Source of the DNA: Nemertoderma westbladi
Lineage: Eukaryota > Animalia > Xenacoelomorpha
DNA: 64,000 nt
Assembly: GCA_032718475.1 (NCBI GenBank)
Contig: JAUCBJ010005335.1
Span: forward strand, 1 to 64,000
Direction of reading: 5' to 3'
A model generated the notes under the pieces. That model made no database searches, was not told the origin of the DNA, and saw only the letters and a program-made list of their open reading frames with translations. A program made the translations under genes and the position numbers. Each line of letters starts with the position of its first letter. Within the stretch, counting starts at the first letter, position 1. Shown here in pieces: positions 25,484 through 38,830 of the stretch.

Positions 25484-25920
25484 TTAAATATTCTGTTGTT
25501 GTGATAGACATCGTGCATGATTTTTGATACCTCCAATTTATATATACTATCAATTGGGAGAATGTTTAAAGTCTTATACAGTGTTTTGGAGGATGCTTGC
25601 CGGTGGCTATATGTAATTGCCCTTAAAATTTTATTTAACTCTTATCCGTAGTGGTTTTATCACATTATTGGATGAATAGATCCAAACTGCTAAACTGTAT
25701 AGGATATATGGGTGAATAAGAGCAAAGTACAACATGTGCATAATATGTTCTGAAAAAACATAACGAAGCTTATAGAACAACCCAACAAATTTTGATATCT
25801 TCTTATTAATGTATTCGAATGCGGTTTCCAAAATAATTTACTGTCAATAATCAATCCAAGATATTTTGTTTCTGAAGTTTCTTTAACTACTGTATTATTC
25901 ACTATACTGTATACTGTGGG
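25484..25920 (-). mobile_element. Degenerate LINE (CR1/L2-group-like) ORF2 C-terminal fragment
   Basis: TKYLGLIIDSKLFWKPH / KISKFVGLFYKLR..LYFALIHPYILY..VW / KILRAITYS..LYKTLNILP. Confidence 0.7.
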
Positions 25921-27909
25921 ATCCACATTGCACATTGCACAAAGTATTATGACAAATACTACAACTATATATATTTTCAGATAGAAGTATGGCAAAATAA
26001 AATTAGTTGAATTAGTAAATAAATTAATAAATAGAATATAAATATAATATTATATAATAAAAATTAAAATAAACTGAAATTAGTTAAAATTTTAGTTAAA
26101 ATATTTCTAGGTAACGCAGTAACTGTAATGCTTAAATCAAAATAATTTAACAAGTTTTCAAAGAAGCCTTTCTTTACCGAGGTACTTTCTTTACACTTCG
26201 ACATTATTACTGCCGAAAATATCGGGGGAAACAATATGGGCAGTAAATACGTGAACTGAGAGAACCTTCCGATTGGTCAATCATTAAATAGATAAACTAA
26301 TCTTATAGAGTTGATTGTCACCTCCCGTCATGTGACGTTTGTTCAGATATTTGTAAAGAATCTGATTCCAGTAGACCTTGTGTAACTGAAATAACTCCCT
26401 TTGTTACGGGTTCATAAGGTCACGGTGGAACTCGTTTCGACATTTCTCCTTTGAAGAGAAGCTTTGATTACTTGCCGTTTTGATTGGCTTTTGAGTTTAG
26501 CCGAGGGAACAAGGCTTACCTTCTCAGATTCTGTCAGCACCAGTTAAATTGATTAACCAATAGAAATCAGAGTTTATTGGCATTCACTCCAATTGAATAA
26601 ATATTACTTTACTTTAAATACTATAGATCAGTGTATAGTGGTATGAATAATTGTGGTTCTTTAACAGATAATGAATGCAGCAATAATTACACTGTAAACT
26701 CTTTGTATTAAACGAATCCCGAGGGAGTGAGTAATGATATAAATAAATAGCCAAAAATGCTTCAAAACTCGCTTTGTCATTCCTGCAACTAAATGATAAG
26801 CTGCCTTAATTTAAGCGGATAAATTCGGTTTAGAATTAATTGTGAATGAGACACTTACAGGGTAGGGTACAACCAACATACGAGTATACCGAGATGAACT
26901 GATGAAGAGAACCCAGAAAAATGGTGAACAGTTTTGGGACTTCCTTCGGGAACTGCAAAATAAACTCTAACACTGCAGGTATAAAAATGAACCAGTAGAC
27001 CCTGAGGGCAACTGTCTGCTCGATACTAGTATATTCACAGGAAAGTCACATATTGTTGGATACAGTATAAACGATATAAATAAACTCGACAGTATAAACA
27101 AGTCAAAGACTCCACAAGAATGTCATCTACTAATACATATACCCATACTAGAAATAGTTTTCAACCATTCCGTTCCCAAGGCTATGGCCACGGAGTAGGC
27201 AGTGTGTGTGTACAATGTCCACACAATCCCAGAAAAATCTGCCCTGCAAATAATCTCCGATGCGATAATTGTGGATCGTTTGGGCATTTTTGAGTACCAT
27301 GGTGGTGGTGGTCCGCCCTGCCAAGCTGAAGTGTTCCAAGGTAGTCAAGGTAATCCTCGCTATAACTATGTACACAATTGCAATGCAGACTATGAACAGG
27401 AGTACAATAATGAAAGTTATCAAACACAGGAAATATAGATATTGATGATACTGACTGTTTACACAACAGTAGCAATACATAATTCATTCTCATTACGTGG
27501 ACTAAGGGATGGGAATGTTTTAGATTCGGCCCGATTTGGTTGGCTAAAGGACATTGGGGGTATGTCCCTATGAAAACATTTCATAATGGGGGGAACTTAT
27601 ATCACCTCTGTGCAGGGGACAACCCACATGGTCCAGATGGTACACCAGCATCATTAACCAATGTAGGTTTATTTCAGTGGGAGTTATATCTAGACACTAA
27701 AAATTATCATACAAGTATCATGGTGATTGAAGGCCTTACAACTGACAAGGATGCATTAAACTAGGTTTATTACCAGAAAGTTTCCCTTGACACCTATTCA
27801 AAATTCACTCTCAAGTACCGATAGTAACCACATATTAATATAGATGCTGATGTTTAACCAAAATGTTCCCTATCAATTCTATGGTAAAATCCATAAGATG
27901 GCAGGTGAT

Positions 27910-28290
27910 AGTAGTAGGAGTTTGGCTTATTCGGTGACATACCCAACTCATGACTAACCACTTAGGAATGTGTCATCTAGGGTGTCATTGGCGCCAGACT
28001 GTCTGGGTGAAATATCCCAATTATGTTAATTAGACCCTAATTGATAGGTGTCATTAATTAATTAGTACATTTAATTCCCTAATAGGTGTCTTATGACTCC
28101 TAATTAGGGTTTAATTGATTATTCTAATTAATCAGACTGATTAGCACCCTTACATTGGTCATCAGTGTTGTCTAATTGTCACCTAGAGGGCCAAATGGGT
28201 ATCATATGTGACACCTCTGCTCTTTTATTTATTGATAATTATTTATTTGTATTTCATTTTAATTTATTTAATTGTATTACTTTTACTTTA
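27910..28290 (+). repeat. Unclassified interspersed repeat, copy A, left part (split by CRE insertion)
   Basis: Inverted homology to 41792-42191. Confidence 0.75.
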
Positions 28291-28424
28291 CTCTTACCGC
28301 GTAAATATAAGTAAAAGATAGTTCCATCACCTCACCATAACCTGAGCCTACCTACTGAATCTGCTATACTGCTATACTACTGAGTTATACTGATTATCAT
28401 AAGACTGTTATTTGTTTATATTGG

Positions 28425-31400
28425 GTGGTGATGTCACAGATGCTGCATTGGTGCTGCCAGTGCGCAGCTGGTGGCTGCGGTCCCACTAGTCGATGTGGGT
28501 GTGTTCGCGCAAATCGCCAGTGTACCCGGTGTGTCCCAATGGAAACTAGCCGGTATAATAACCCGGTCGTACCTCCCTCATTGCCCACCACCATGGCAAA
28601 CATTGTATTTGACGATTCACTGTCTTGGTCCGCCACTTCAACGCCTTCGTTGAGTGAGAGCAGTGACTCGGAGTTGGACACCACTGTAGTTGAGCGGTCG
28701 TCTGCCCCACTGGCGGTGGCGTGTGGCACGGACTTCATCCCTCCGCCTCCTTCCAATTCCGACCATTTGGAAGCCACTTTCGGCGGGTCCTTGCTGAATA
28801 CTCAGGGTTCTTCACCCGACCCTACATGGGAGAGTCATCATCATCGCCTATGTCGTCTACCAAACCGCCGCTATATTGTCCCTGGAGGCAATGTTGGACG
28901 CAAGATGGTTGATGACATAACAAAGGAGCTGGCAAAACTGTGTGAAGGAGGTTATCCTTCAGAACAACCTCTTTGCTTCGTCGCTATGATTTTTCAATGT
29001 GACCCGGATGTCGTGAAGACCCCAGATGTGCGGTGTACCCTCCTAAGGCGATTAGATACGTGAGAATGGGGTGACTTTGGGCCCCTACTTGTTGAGGCCG
29101 AGTGGTGCAGTAGCAAATTCGTGACTGGAAGGGGTGCAACTTCTGGGAACACATACCGGGTCTACAATCGAAAGGTCCTCGCCAACATGAACCGGTCAGC
29201 TGTGCGGAAAGTCACAGATCGTGACTGTGGAGGTGTTCTCAACCCCGAGGACCAAGCTGAGGGTCAGCCGCTAGGCGTGACCGTACGAGATGGTCTGGAA
29301 CAGAAACACCCTCCACAGATGGATGTCTCCCCTGACAGTTTTGAACCTTGCAGCGATTTACCCCCACTCGAGGGCGTTGATGTGACTGGACAGCTCATCC
29401 TCAAGGCGGCGCGAGCTCTGTGCGGTTGTGCTGGCCCTGTCAGAGGGGACGGTGAGTTCTGGCACACACTGCTGACTCGATACCAGGCCCATAGTGCGCG
29501 GTTGCGTGAAGTTGTGGCTGGGTTGGCACGACGTCTGTGTAACACCATTGTACCCTGGGGGGAGATTCGTGCGCTTCGAGCATGCCGATTGGTTGGATTG
29601 GACAAACAGCCCAGGGTCCGTCCGATTGGCGTAGGGGAGGTTCTCTATAGACTCCTCACAGTCAGCATGGCGATGGCAACAAAGACTGTTGTTGTAACTC
29701 AGTGCGGTGCAGACAAATTGTGTGCCGGGGTGAAGGCCGGAATAGAGGGCGCTATCCATGCAATGGTCTCGATATTCGATGATGAATCCACCGAGGCCAT
29801 GATTCTAGTAGACGCCCGCAACGCATTTAACAGCCTCAGCCGTCCCGTGATACTGTGGAATTGCTGAGTACTCTGGCCGAGATGTTTGAGGTTTCTCTGC
29901 AATGCATATAATGGTCACGCCGCACTGTACCTCGCTGGCAACAACCCACCACTGTGGAGCAGAGAGGGTATGATGCAGGGAGATACACTCACTATGCTGG
30001 TGTATGGATGTGGGTCCCTGCCTATGGTACACTCCCTACACTGTGAACCAGTATTGGCTTCCTCAGATTCGTCTCTCAATTCGCGCACCATCACCCATAG
30101 TCCATCTGACAGTGTATCTCTCAGTGGTGCCCAGGAGGGTTGCATTGCCCAGGAGGGTCACTCCGCATTTTCCCAGTCCATCCCCTTGCTGTCCCAGTTT
30201 ACTCCCACAGTATTCAGTCCCTTTCCCGCATTGTCCCAGTCCAGCCCCATGCTGTCCCAGGTTACTCCCACAGTATCCAGTCCCTTCCCTGCATTGTCCC
30301 AGTCCACCCCCATGCTGTCCCAGGTTACTCCCATAGTAGCCAGTCCCTTCCCCGCATTGTCCCAGTCCATCTTCATGCTCTCCCATGTTACTCCCACAGT
30401 ATACAATCCCTTCCCCGCATTGTCCCAGTCCATCCCCATGCTGTCCCAGATTACTCCCACATTGTCCAGTCCCTTCCCCTCATTGTCCCAGTCCATCCCC
30501 ATGCTGCCCAAGGGTACTCCCACAGTATCCATTCCCTTCCCCGCATTGTCCCAGTCCATCCCCATGCTGTCCCAGGTTACTCCCACAGTATCCATTCCCT
30601 TCCCAGCATTGTCCCAGTCCATCCCCATGCTGTCCCAGGTTACTCCCACAGTATCCAGTCCCTTCACCTCATTGCCCCAGTCCATCCCAATGCTGCCCCA
30701 GGTTACTCCCACAGTATCCAGTTCCTTCCTTGCATTGTCCCAGTCCTTCCCCATGCTGTCCCAGGTTACCACCACAGTGTCCAGTTCCTTCTCCTCAATG
30801 ACCCAGTCCATCCCCATGCTGTCCTATGTTACTTCCACAATGTCCAGTCCCTTCCCCGAATTGTCTCAGTCACTCCCCATGCTGTCCCAGGGTACTCTAA
30901 CAGTGCTCCCGCTCACTCTCATGGTGTCCCTGTCCAGTCCCTTCCCCGCATTGTCCCAGTCCAGTCCACAGGGGTCGCGAGTTGGTTCCACAGTGCCCCA
31001 CACCCAGGGATCATCATCAACTCAGTGCTGGTAAGCGGATGACGCCTCGGCGGCAGGGAGTCTGCGTGGAGTTGCACAGTGGCAGCTAAAGGGCCCCAAA
31101 ATTGGCTACTTCCCCGAACCGATCAAAACTTACCTGGTAATAAAGCCAGGACTGGAGGCGGAAGCCAGGGAAAGGTTCGATGGGAGTGGCGTCCAGATAG
31201 TCACCGGACACCGGTTCCTGGGGGGATATATCGGCGATGCTGATGCTGAGGGACGGAACCAGGTTGTGTCGGACAAGGTTGCGGGGTGGGTGGAACATAT
31301 CGAAAAACTCTTGGAGGTTGCCATGGAGTATCCCCAGACTGCTCACACAGGGATGTCCAAGTGTGTGCAGGCTGAATGGGACTTCCTAATGTGGGTAGTC

Positions 31401-32460
31401 CCAATGGATGTTGAGGATTTTGCCCCTATCCAGACTGCGCTGCTTCGACAGTATATCCCCTCCCTGTTCGGTATCCCATTGGGCCCCTCGGTTGAGGACT
31501 TGGTCCTCCTGCCTGTTCGCCATGGTGGGATCGGGTTGTGGGACCCCCTAATGCGGTTTGGCCATGCCCATGCTGCGTCCACCGAGGGGACTTCCCTTGT
31601 GGTTGAAACTATCCAGTCTGGTCTGCTGCTTCACGTGACCGACCACACTGTGCGGCTGCGTAAAGTCCTCACTGAGTCGCGGGCCGCCCAGGATACCGTG
31701 TAGAAGATGAAAATGGAGTCGGCGCTCGGGGCGCTACCAGCCGAGCGTCAGCGAACCACGGAGCGGACGAGGCGGAACAAGACCGGGGGATGGTTATCGG
31801 CCCAGCCGTCCGATCTGGACAACACAGACTTGGGGCCTGACAAGTTCCGGGACAATCTCGCCCTTTTCTACCAGTTAAGTGCGAGGGGTGCGGTCGCCCA
31901 TTCAGCACCTCCCACGCACTGAGCTGCAAATCCGGGGGTCTTGCCATCAAACGTTATGACGAGGTTGGCCAGGTGTTTGGCGACCTCTTGGCCTCGGCTT
32001 TCGGCCAATCAAGTATCGAGCGTGAGGTGACCCTCGCCCAAGGATACAATGACAGACAGGGGAGTGGCATCGTTTGACATTGCGATAATCAACGCTGATG
32101 CCAGCTCGTACGTCCAGGCCAACCGGTCGACCAAGTCCCTCTTGGAGCAGTGGGCCCGGCTGAAACGCGCGCATTACCGGACCGTCTGCGAAGACCGGAG
32201 GATGTCCTTTACCCCACTGGTCGGTACAACCGACGGTGTATGATGCAATGAGGCAGAGATTCTCGTTCGCCATCTGGCTGAGACCCTTGTCTCGAGACAA
32301 GCTGGGATGGCTGAGAGGAGCCTTGCCTGTGTGAGGGTGGAGTTCGCCGGAGGCTTCAATTTGCTCTCCTCCGATCGAATTCCCTCTGCCTCAGGGGTGG
32401 TCGATGGTTTTGGCGCGGGTCGGGCTTCGGGGATGGGGCAGGTCTGCAGGGGGTTGATCT
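28425..32460 (+). pseudogene. CRE-like RT/RLE ORF with several stops
   Basis: ORF fragments 28425-29063, 29121-29867, 29886-31034, 31266-31703, 31707-31922, 32049-32243. Confidence 0.8.
30163..30965 (+). repeat. 63-bp minisatellite (~12 units) inside the CRE RT
   Basis: Unit translates as PMLSQVTPTVSSPFPALSQSI (21 aa). Confidence 0.9.
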
Positions 32461-32635
32461 GGCAACCCAATACTGAGTATTATTGTCCTCGTCCTGCCAA
32501 TGTACAACATTGTGTATAACATTGTATGTATAGTTATACAGTAGGTTTGTTTATTGATACTAGCCATTGTTTATTGTGCTATAAATTGATTAAAATATAT
32601 TATATTTCATTATTATATATATTTCTTTAACTCTC

Positions 32636-32948
32636 ATTACTTTTACTTTATTTAATTGATTTCTATTTTTAGAATTACCAATAAATAGTTTTATAAATTA
32701 CTTACCAAATGACGTCATAGACTTTCAGCTTACTATACTTGGCCCTAGGGTATAGCTTCCTTACTGGTAAATAATTACTCTTAACTATATCCAGACAGCT
32801 TTATCGTTGACCTTTGACCCCCAATTAGCTTTAACCAAGCAACAGGATTTTAATAGTAGTTGTATCCAAGCGCCCCGCCCCCTCTCGTGACACCTCTGAT
32901 TACTAATTACTCTTACCTATATCCAGCCATGTGCTGTTCTATAGTCTG
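32636..32948 (+). repeat. Unclassified interspersed repeat, copy A, right part
   Basis: Inverted homology to 41494-41806. Confidence 0.75.
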
Positions 32949-33545
32949 CCGCTAGAGGGCTTATTATCTGAAAATTAACATCTTCTCTAACTTTGTCATT
33001 TTCATTCCTATTAGGTTTAAACTCCTTAGGCATCTACTATGACATAGGCTATATCTTTTACGGAGTTGCAGAGTTGTCTGAAGTTCCCCAAGCTGCCCCT
33101 AGAGGGTGTATTATCTGAAAATTAACATCTTCTCTAACTTTCATATTTACAATCCACTTAGGTTTAAACTCGGTAGGCATCTACCATATCATAGGCTATA
33201 TCTTTTGCGGAGTCGCAGAGTAGTCTGAAGTTCGTCAGTCTGCCGCTAGAGGGCGAATTTTCTTAAAGTAAAAACCTGATCTCATTTGATTGTTTTTAAT
33301 CCACTTAAGCTGAGACTTGGTAGGCATCTACTATGGCATAGGCTATACTTTACCGAGGAGTTTGACTAGCCCGCAGTTCTCCAGTCCACCACTAGAGGGT
33401 GAAATGTTTGATAGTGAACTCCTGATTTCATTTGATTGTTTTTTTAACCATTTAGGCTGAAACTTGGAAGACATCTACTATATCATAGGCTATACTTTAC
33501 TGAGGAGGTTGATCGACCCGCAGTTCTCCAGTCTGCTGCTAAAGA
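32940..33545 (+). repeat. ~147-bp tandem repeat (4 units plus a partial fifth)
   Basis: Unit anchors at 32946, 33093, 33240, 33386 and 33533. Confidence 0.85.
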
Positions 33546-33592
33546 CTCGCATTTAAGATTTGAGGCACTCCTAAAGTCTCGAGTTTTAGGTT

Positions 33593-34249
33593 TGAGCCAC
33601 AGACTATGCCTCACTGAGGCTTAGAATATGCCTCACACTGAGGTACTGATGCACAGACTAAACCTCACTGAGGCTCAGACTATGCCTCACTGAGGCACTG
33701 AGGCACAGACTATGCCTCACTGAGGCACAGACTATGCCTCACTGAGGCACAGGCTATGCCTCACTGAGGCACAGACAATGCCTCACTGAGGCACAGACTA
33801 TGCCTCACTGAGGCACTGAGGCGCAGTCTATGCCTCACTTAGGCATTGAGGCACAGACTATGCCTCACTGAGGCGCAGACTATGCCTCACTGAGGCACTG
33901 AGGCGCAGACTATGCCTCACTGAGGCACTGAGGCACAGAATATGCCTCACTGAGGCACTGAGGCATAGACTATGCCTCACTGAGGCACTGATGCACAGAC
34001 TAGGCCTCACTGAGGCACAGGCTAGGCCTCACTGAGGCACAGGCTATGCCTCACTGAGGCACAGACTATGCCTCACTGAGGCACAGACTATGCCTCACTG
34101 AGGCACAGACTATACCTCACTGAGGCACTGAGGCGCAGTCTATGCCTCACTGAGGCACTGAGGCATAGACTATGCCTCACTGAGGCACTGATGCACAGAC
34201 TATACCTCACTGAGGCTCAGACTATGCCTCACTGAGGCACTGAGGCATA
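33593..34249. repeat. 22/30-bp satellite (GCACAGACTATGCCTCACTGAG +/- GCACTGAG), left arm
   Basis: Tandem array read directly. Confidence 0.95.
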
Positions 34250-34378
34250 TATTGCAAACGTACTGCAGTACTGCAATGCAAAATATCACTATGCTATTCG
34301 CTTCCGACTGACTGTAATGTAATATATATATAATAATATAACAATTCAAATTTCCCGCTTATAGTAATATTTCCAACA
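34250..34378 (-). repeat. 3' LTR of satellite-embedded gypsy element
   Basis: Copy of 38831-38959. Confidence 0.93.
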
Positions 34379-34443
34379 TCCCTCCACCACTTATAAAGGA
34401 AAAAACCCTAACAATGTTTATATTAAATTGTTCTATTCCTTGT

Positions 34444-37400
34444 TCATGGACCCCCTAAGTTCGAGTATATGAGACGTTCAGGAGGCTTCCCAGCTGTTAA
34501 TCGTGTTGGTCGCTTGGTGTTATCCTCTTCCACAATATCTACATTGGTCATTGGTATAGAAATATCTAGACTCATCCCACCGTATGGATTGCGATACTTT
34601 TTTACATGAGAGGCATCACGAAATATCGTTTTACCATCAATTACACGTCTTGCTTGAATGCTTGAACCTCGTATCTCCTCTATCACAAATATATCTGGGA
34701 AGTATTCACCATGCTGCTTACTTTGGACAAGAACTTTATCTCCAACAGTGAACGAGTGATGTTTGGCTCTATGTTTCTTGTCGAAGTATATCTTTGACTT
34801 CAATTTATTTTCGGATACAGTTTCTCTCAACTGTTCGTCATTGGTCAGCTTACCGGTCATGGCCTGATGGTGCAGTAATGGTTCTATGTTCCCAATCCTC
34901 ATTCGTCTACCAAATACAATCTCATATGGGGATTTTCCAGTTGTTGGGTGGGGAGTTGCCCTATCTGCTAATAGCCTATTCATGATTTCGAGTTTGTAGT
35001 CATTCCCTGTTACGTTAGCTATTGCAACAGCTTTTTTTATTTTCTTCATGAAGTTTTCAGCTTCACTGTTCGATTGTGGATGCCCAGGTGTGATTAGGCG
35101 GACATGAAATCCTTGCATCTCCCCGAATCGTTGCCACTCGTCCCCATTAAAGGGTGGTCCATTATCGGATTTGATTTGTTGTGGACATCCATAAGTTGCA
35201 AAATAACGCAAAAATTGTTTCTTTACGACTTCAAACCTCTCTGATGTGACGAAATATATCTCTGCCCACCTTGAGTACAAATCTACTATGACCAGTGCAT
35301 AGTAACCATCACGAAATGGACCTTTAAAATCCACTCCTATACTGTGAAATGGGCTGGGAGGCATTGGTTCCGATTTCAATGGTTCTGTGTGGTGTTGTTT
35401 GGTTACCACTTGACATTCATGACATCGTTTGGTGGCTTCCTTTGCGAATACTGTACAACCTGGGAACCAGAACCATGACTTCAATAACTCAATTGTCCTA
35501 GTTTCACCCTGATGTCCAGTTGCATGTATTGCTTGTGACACTAGTGACTTACAACTATCTGGTGGAATGCATAACTCATTCATATAAACGAGATTATCAA
35601 TGACTGAAAGATTATCCCTAATTGAATAATATGGCACCAATCTGTCATCTTTTTTAAACCTCTCCCAATCTCCTTGGCTAATTCTTTCCATTAGAAACTG
35701 TAGTAGCTTATCGTTCTTTGTTTCCTTCTTCAACATGTTTAACAATTCCTTTCCATGTGTGATATGTAGTGCTCGAATAATATTTTCCTCTTCAAGTTCA
35801 TCACATACATTATCTAATTCAGATGTTTCATCTCCCACTGGATTCCGTGATAGGAAATCTGCTGGGTTTGTTTTGCCTGCACGATATTCCAATGTATAAT
35901 CAAGATGTTGCATGCCTAACACCTGACGTTCAATTCTGAGATTCAATACATCTTGAATGTAGATATTGTGAAATGTGGTGCCCCAACTAGCATATCAGCA
36001 AACTTTTCTGCTGCTCCCCACTTGATTGCTCTAGCTTCTAACTCTGTTTGACCCCAACGTGATTCAACATCAGTCATTCGTCTGCTTGCGTAATGGATAG
36101 GTACCCAACTCCCTTGATGTCTTTGTGCTAAAATGGCACTCATTCCTCCACGATGTCCCAACTGATGTGCCTTCTTTCCAGCATCTACAAATAGTGCAGT
36201 TTCTTTTCCCTTCTTGAAGTAATGATCCATGGTAACATCAGATAACGACACTTTAAGAGATTCAAAGGCCTCTTGGTGGCATTGTTCCCATACAAATGGC
36301 CCCGTCACATGTACCAGATCAAACAGAATGGCAGTTCTTTCTGCAAACCGCGGGATGAATCTCTGATTAAATCCAATCATCCCCAGAAACGAACGCAATG
36401 CTTCCTTTGATTCGGGTCTCATGGCTTTCTGTAATGCTTTAACTTTCTCAACAGTTGGTTTGAGTCCCAACTCTGTGAATGTATAACCTAGAAAGTTGAT
36501 TTGTTTGAAGCCAAACTGACACTTTGCCAATTTCAGTGTCAATCCTTTTCTCTGGAATGCATCTAATACCTCTCCAAGTATCTCTGCTAGCTCAGTTATA
36601 CTACTTGCTCCACCAATAATATCATCTCTATAATTCCCCACTTGTTTAATAGTGTGTAAAATCTCATACATTTGCTGATCATAGAAGTCTTGAGCATTCA
36701 GAAGCCCCATTGACAGTCTACTATATCGAATATTACCCCACATGGTTGACATTGTGGTTAATTCTTTACTTTCATTATCGAGCTCTAATTGGTGATAAGC
36801 ATGAGGCAGGTCGAGTTTGAAAAAATAACTACAACCAGACAATAGATCGATAAAATCATCAATTTTTGGGCTCTGCACTATGCGTGTTCTAGACAAATGG
36901 GAATTTAATATTCTAAAGTCACCCACAATGCGGATTTCGCCCGGTGTATTTGGTTTTGCTGTGACATGAAGAGGTGACACATAACGCATTGTTTGGTCAG
37001 GGGGACACCACTCTAATACTCCGCTATGCACAAATTCGTCTAGTCTCTTTTTTGTTTTATCTTGATAGTATATTGGTATAGTCCTTGGCTTTTGAATTAC
37101 TGGTACAGCGTCCTGAGTTACCTTCAAATGAACTTTGTAATCCTTTAAACATCCAATACCTTGGAATATCTCAGAATGACGCTGTATAACTTTTACAACC
37201 TGTTCCAAATCATCATTTTCACGGCTATTCAGAGACTTTCGGTTCGGCATATGTTTTAATATTTCACTTTCTGACAGATATTCATTGGATACATTTTTCT
37301 TAGATGATGCGATTAATTTAATAGTTTTGTTTGCTGGTTGGAATTTACCCTCCGGACTGTATTTTAAACAACCCAGTTGTAGTAAAGTCTCCTCTGATAT

Positions 37401-38753
37401 CAATGGAGGGCCTCCCAAACTACCCTCCATAACATAGCACTCTCTCACGGTTTGTCTAGTTTTGTTCATAAATAGGGCCATAAACTTACCCTTCATTGGT
37501 ACTGTGGTTGAATTTGCCGCCTTTACTTTCTGTTTTACTTTATTTAGTTTCAAATTTGGGTTTGCTCTCTTGATATCTTTCCAGTGGCTCTCATCTACAA
37601 CATCAACATCTGCCCCAGTGTCTGGGTCTGTATTGAACCTTACATTTTCGATTACAATGGGTAGTAAAATTTCAGATTGTAACTGCTTATCTAGGCTTAC
37701 CTTTGACAACTTCAAATGATGCATTTTATGTGGACTTTCCCCATCAGATTCATCATCAGTTTCATGAATTGAACCTTGCGAGTCTGAATCAGTTGGAATG
37801 TCCTCAATAACTCGCCTGGATCGATACCCACTACTGGCATGTCGTCTGCCTTCACTAGAACCAGAATATTGCTTGCTATCGCTTGATCGTCCATATCTGG
37901 ACCCCCCATAGTCAATCCATCTTCTCTCTCTCTCACTGCGCCGACCTCTGGCCCCTTGGCCATGCCTACTGTGGCACCTTCGTTCAAAATGTCCAATTTC
38001 ACCACAACCATTACAACGAGCGTTTTCAGCAGTACACCTATTCCTATCATGTGTTCTCCCACAACTCTGACAATACTGATACTGCTGAACTCTATTACGG
38101 TTCCATGCTGCATTAACTCCCAACACTTCATCTATCGGTTCCTCCTTCACACGCGCACTACTGTTACCGACTGCCGGATTTCCCAATTTAATATCATCTG
38201 CCTGAACCTTGGATGCCATTTTACTACTGGCTTTCTCCAAAAATTTTGACAGATCCCATTCTTCCTCCAATGCTTTTTCTCGTAACCGATCATCCTTGAC
38301 ATGGAGGATTAAGTGATCAATTAACATTTCATTCTCATGATTGCCATACTCACAATCTTTAATTAGGATTCTACATCTTACATGAAACTGTGCTATCGTT
38401 TCCCCTGCATTTTGTTTACAATTTAGAAAACGGAAACGCGCATGCCGCTTGTTCTTCTTGGGGATTAAATGTTTATTCAACTTCCTCTCCAGTTTGTCGT
38501 ACTCAGTACCATCGCCTTCATCCGGTAATGCATCCTCGCATTCTGTTATTTGGTTTCCGCCAAACACTAGCAACGCCTGTTTCTTTTCCTGAGGGGTTGT
38601 TATCCCGAAGTAATCACATTCTCGGTTAAAATCCCGTAAATATCGTTCCCAAGCTTTGCCTGACGCAATTATATCATCCAATGGCTGGAACGGTTTAATG
38701 TTCAGTTGACGATGCGATACCACTATTCTCGTTGCCGGACCTCCTTGAGCCAT
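34444..38753 (-). pseudogene. pol: Gypsy gag-pol, frameshifted in RNase H
   Basis: ORFs 35943-38783 (gag knuckles, PDTGAD, RT with YRDD, RNase H start) and 34444-35946 (integrase H..H..CHEC, DFKGP, SDNGPPF). The DHKPL-type motif is missing at the junction. Confidence 0.9.
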
Positions 38754-38816
38754 CTGTATACAATAGGCCTTTTTGCTATTCACTGTACCCTAGATTAGCT
38801 CGCGGCTTCGAAGTTT

Positions 38817-38829
38817 ATCCTCGTCGCCA
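38817..38829 (-). promoter_or_regulatory. Primer-binding site, tRNA-Ser(GCT)-like
   Basis: TGGCGACGAGGAT one base after the 5' LTR. Confidence 0.85.
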
Positions 38830-38830
38830 A

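Larger units (their letters stand above)
28291..32635 (+). mobile_element. CRE-like non-LTR retrotransposon (RT + restriction-like endonuclease), inactive
   Basis: 15-bp TSD ATTACTTTTACTTTA (28276-28290, 32636-32650); Cys-rich N-terminus; LDKQPRVRPIGVGE, LCAGVKAGIEGAIHA, VDARNAFNSL, QGD, W*ADD, GYFPEP; RLE-like FDIAIINADASSY..SFTPLV. Confidence 0.85.

Noticed and set aside
26840-27770. Host genes from short ORFs; gag-like RTQKNGEQFWDFLREL
   Set aside because: Many stops and no coherent domain; possibly a decayed gag, too weak to call.
30004-31042. Overlapping Cys/Pro- or His-rich ORFs in alternative frames
   Set aside because: By-products of the 63-bp minisatellite.
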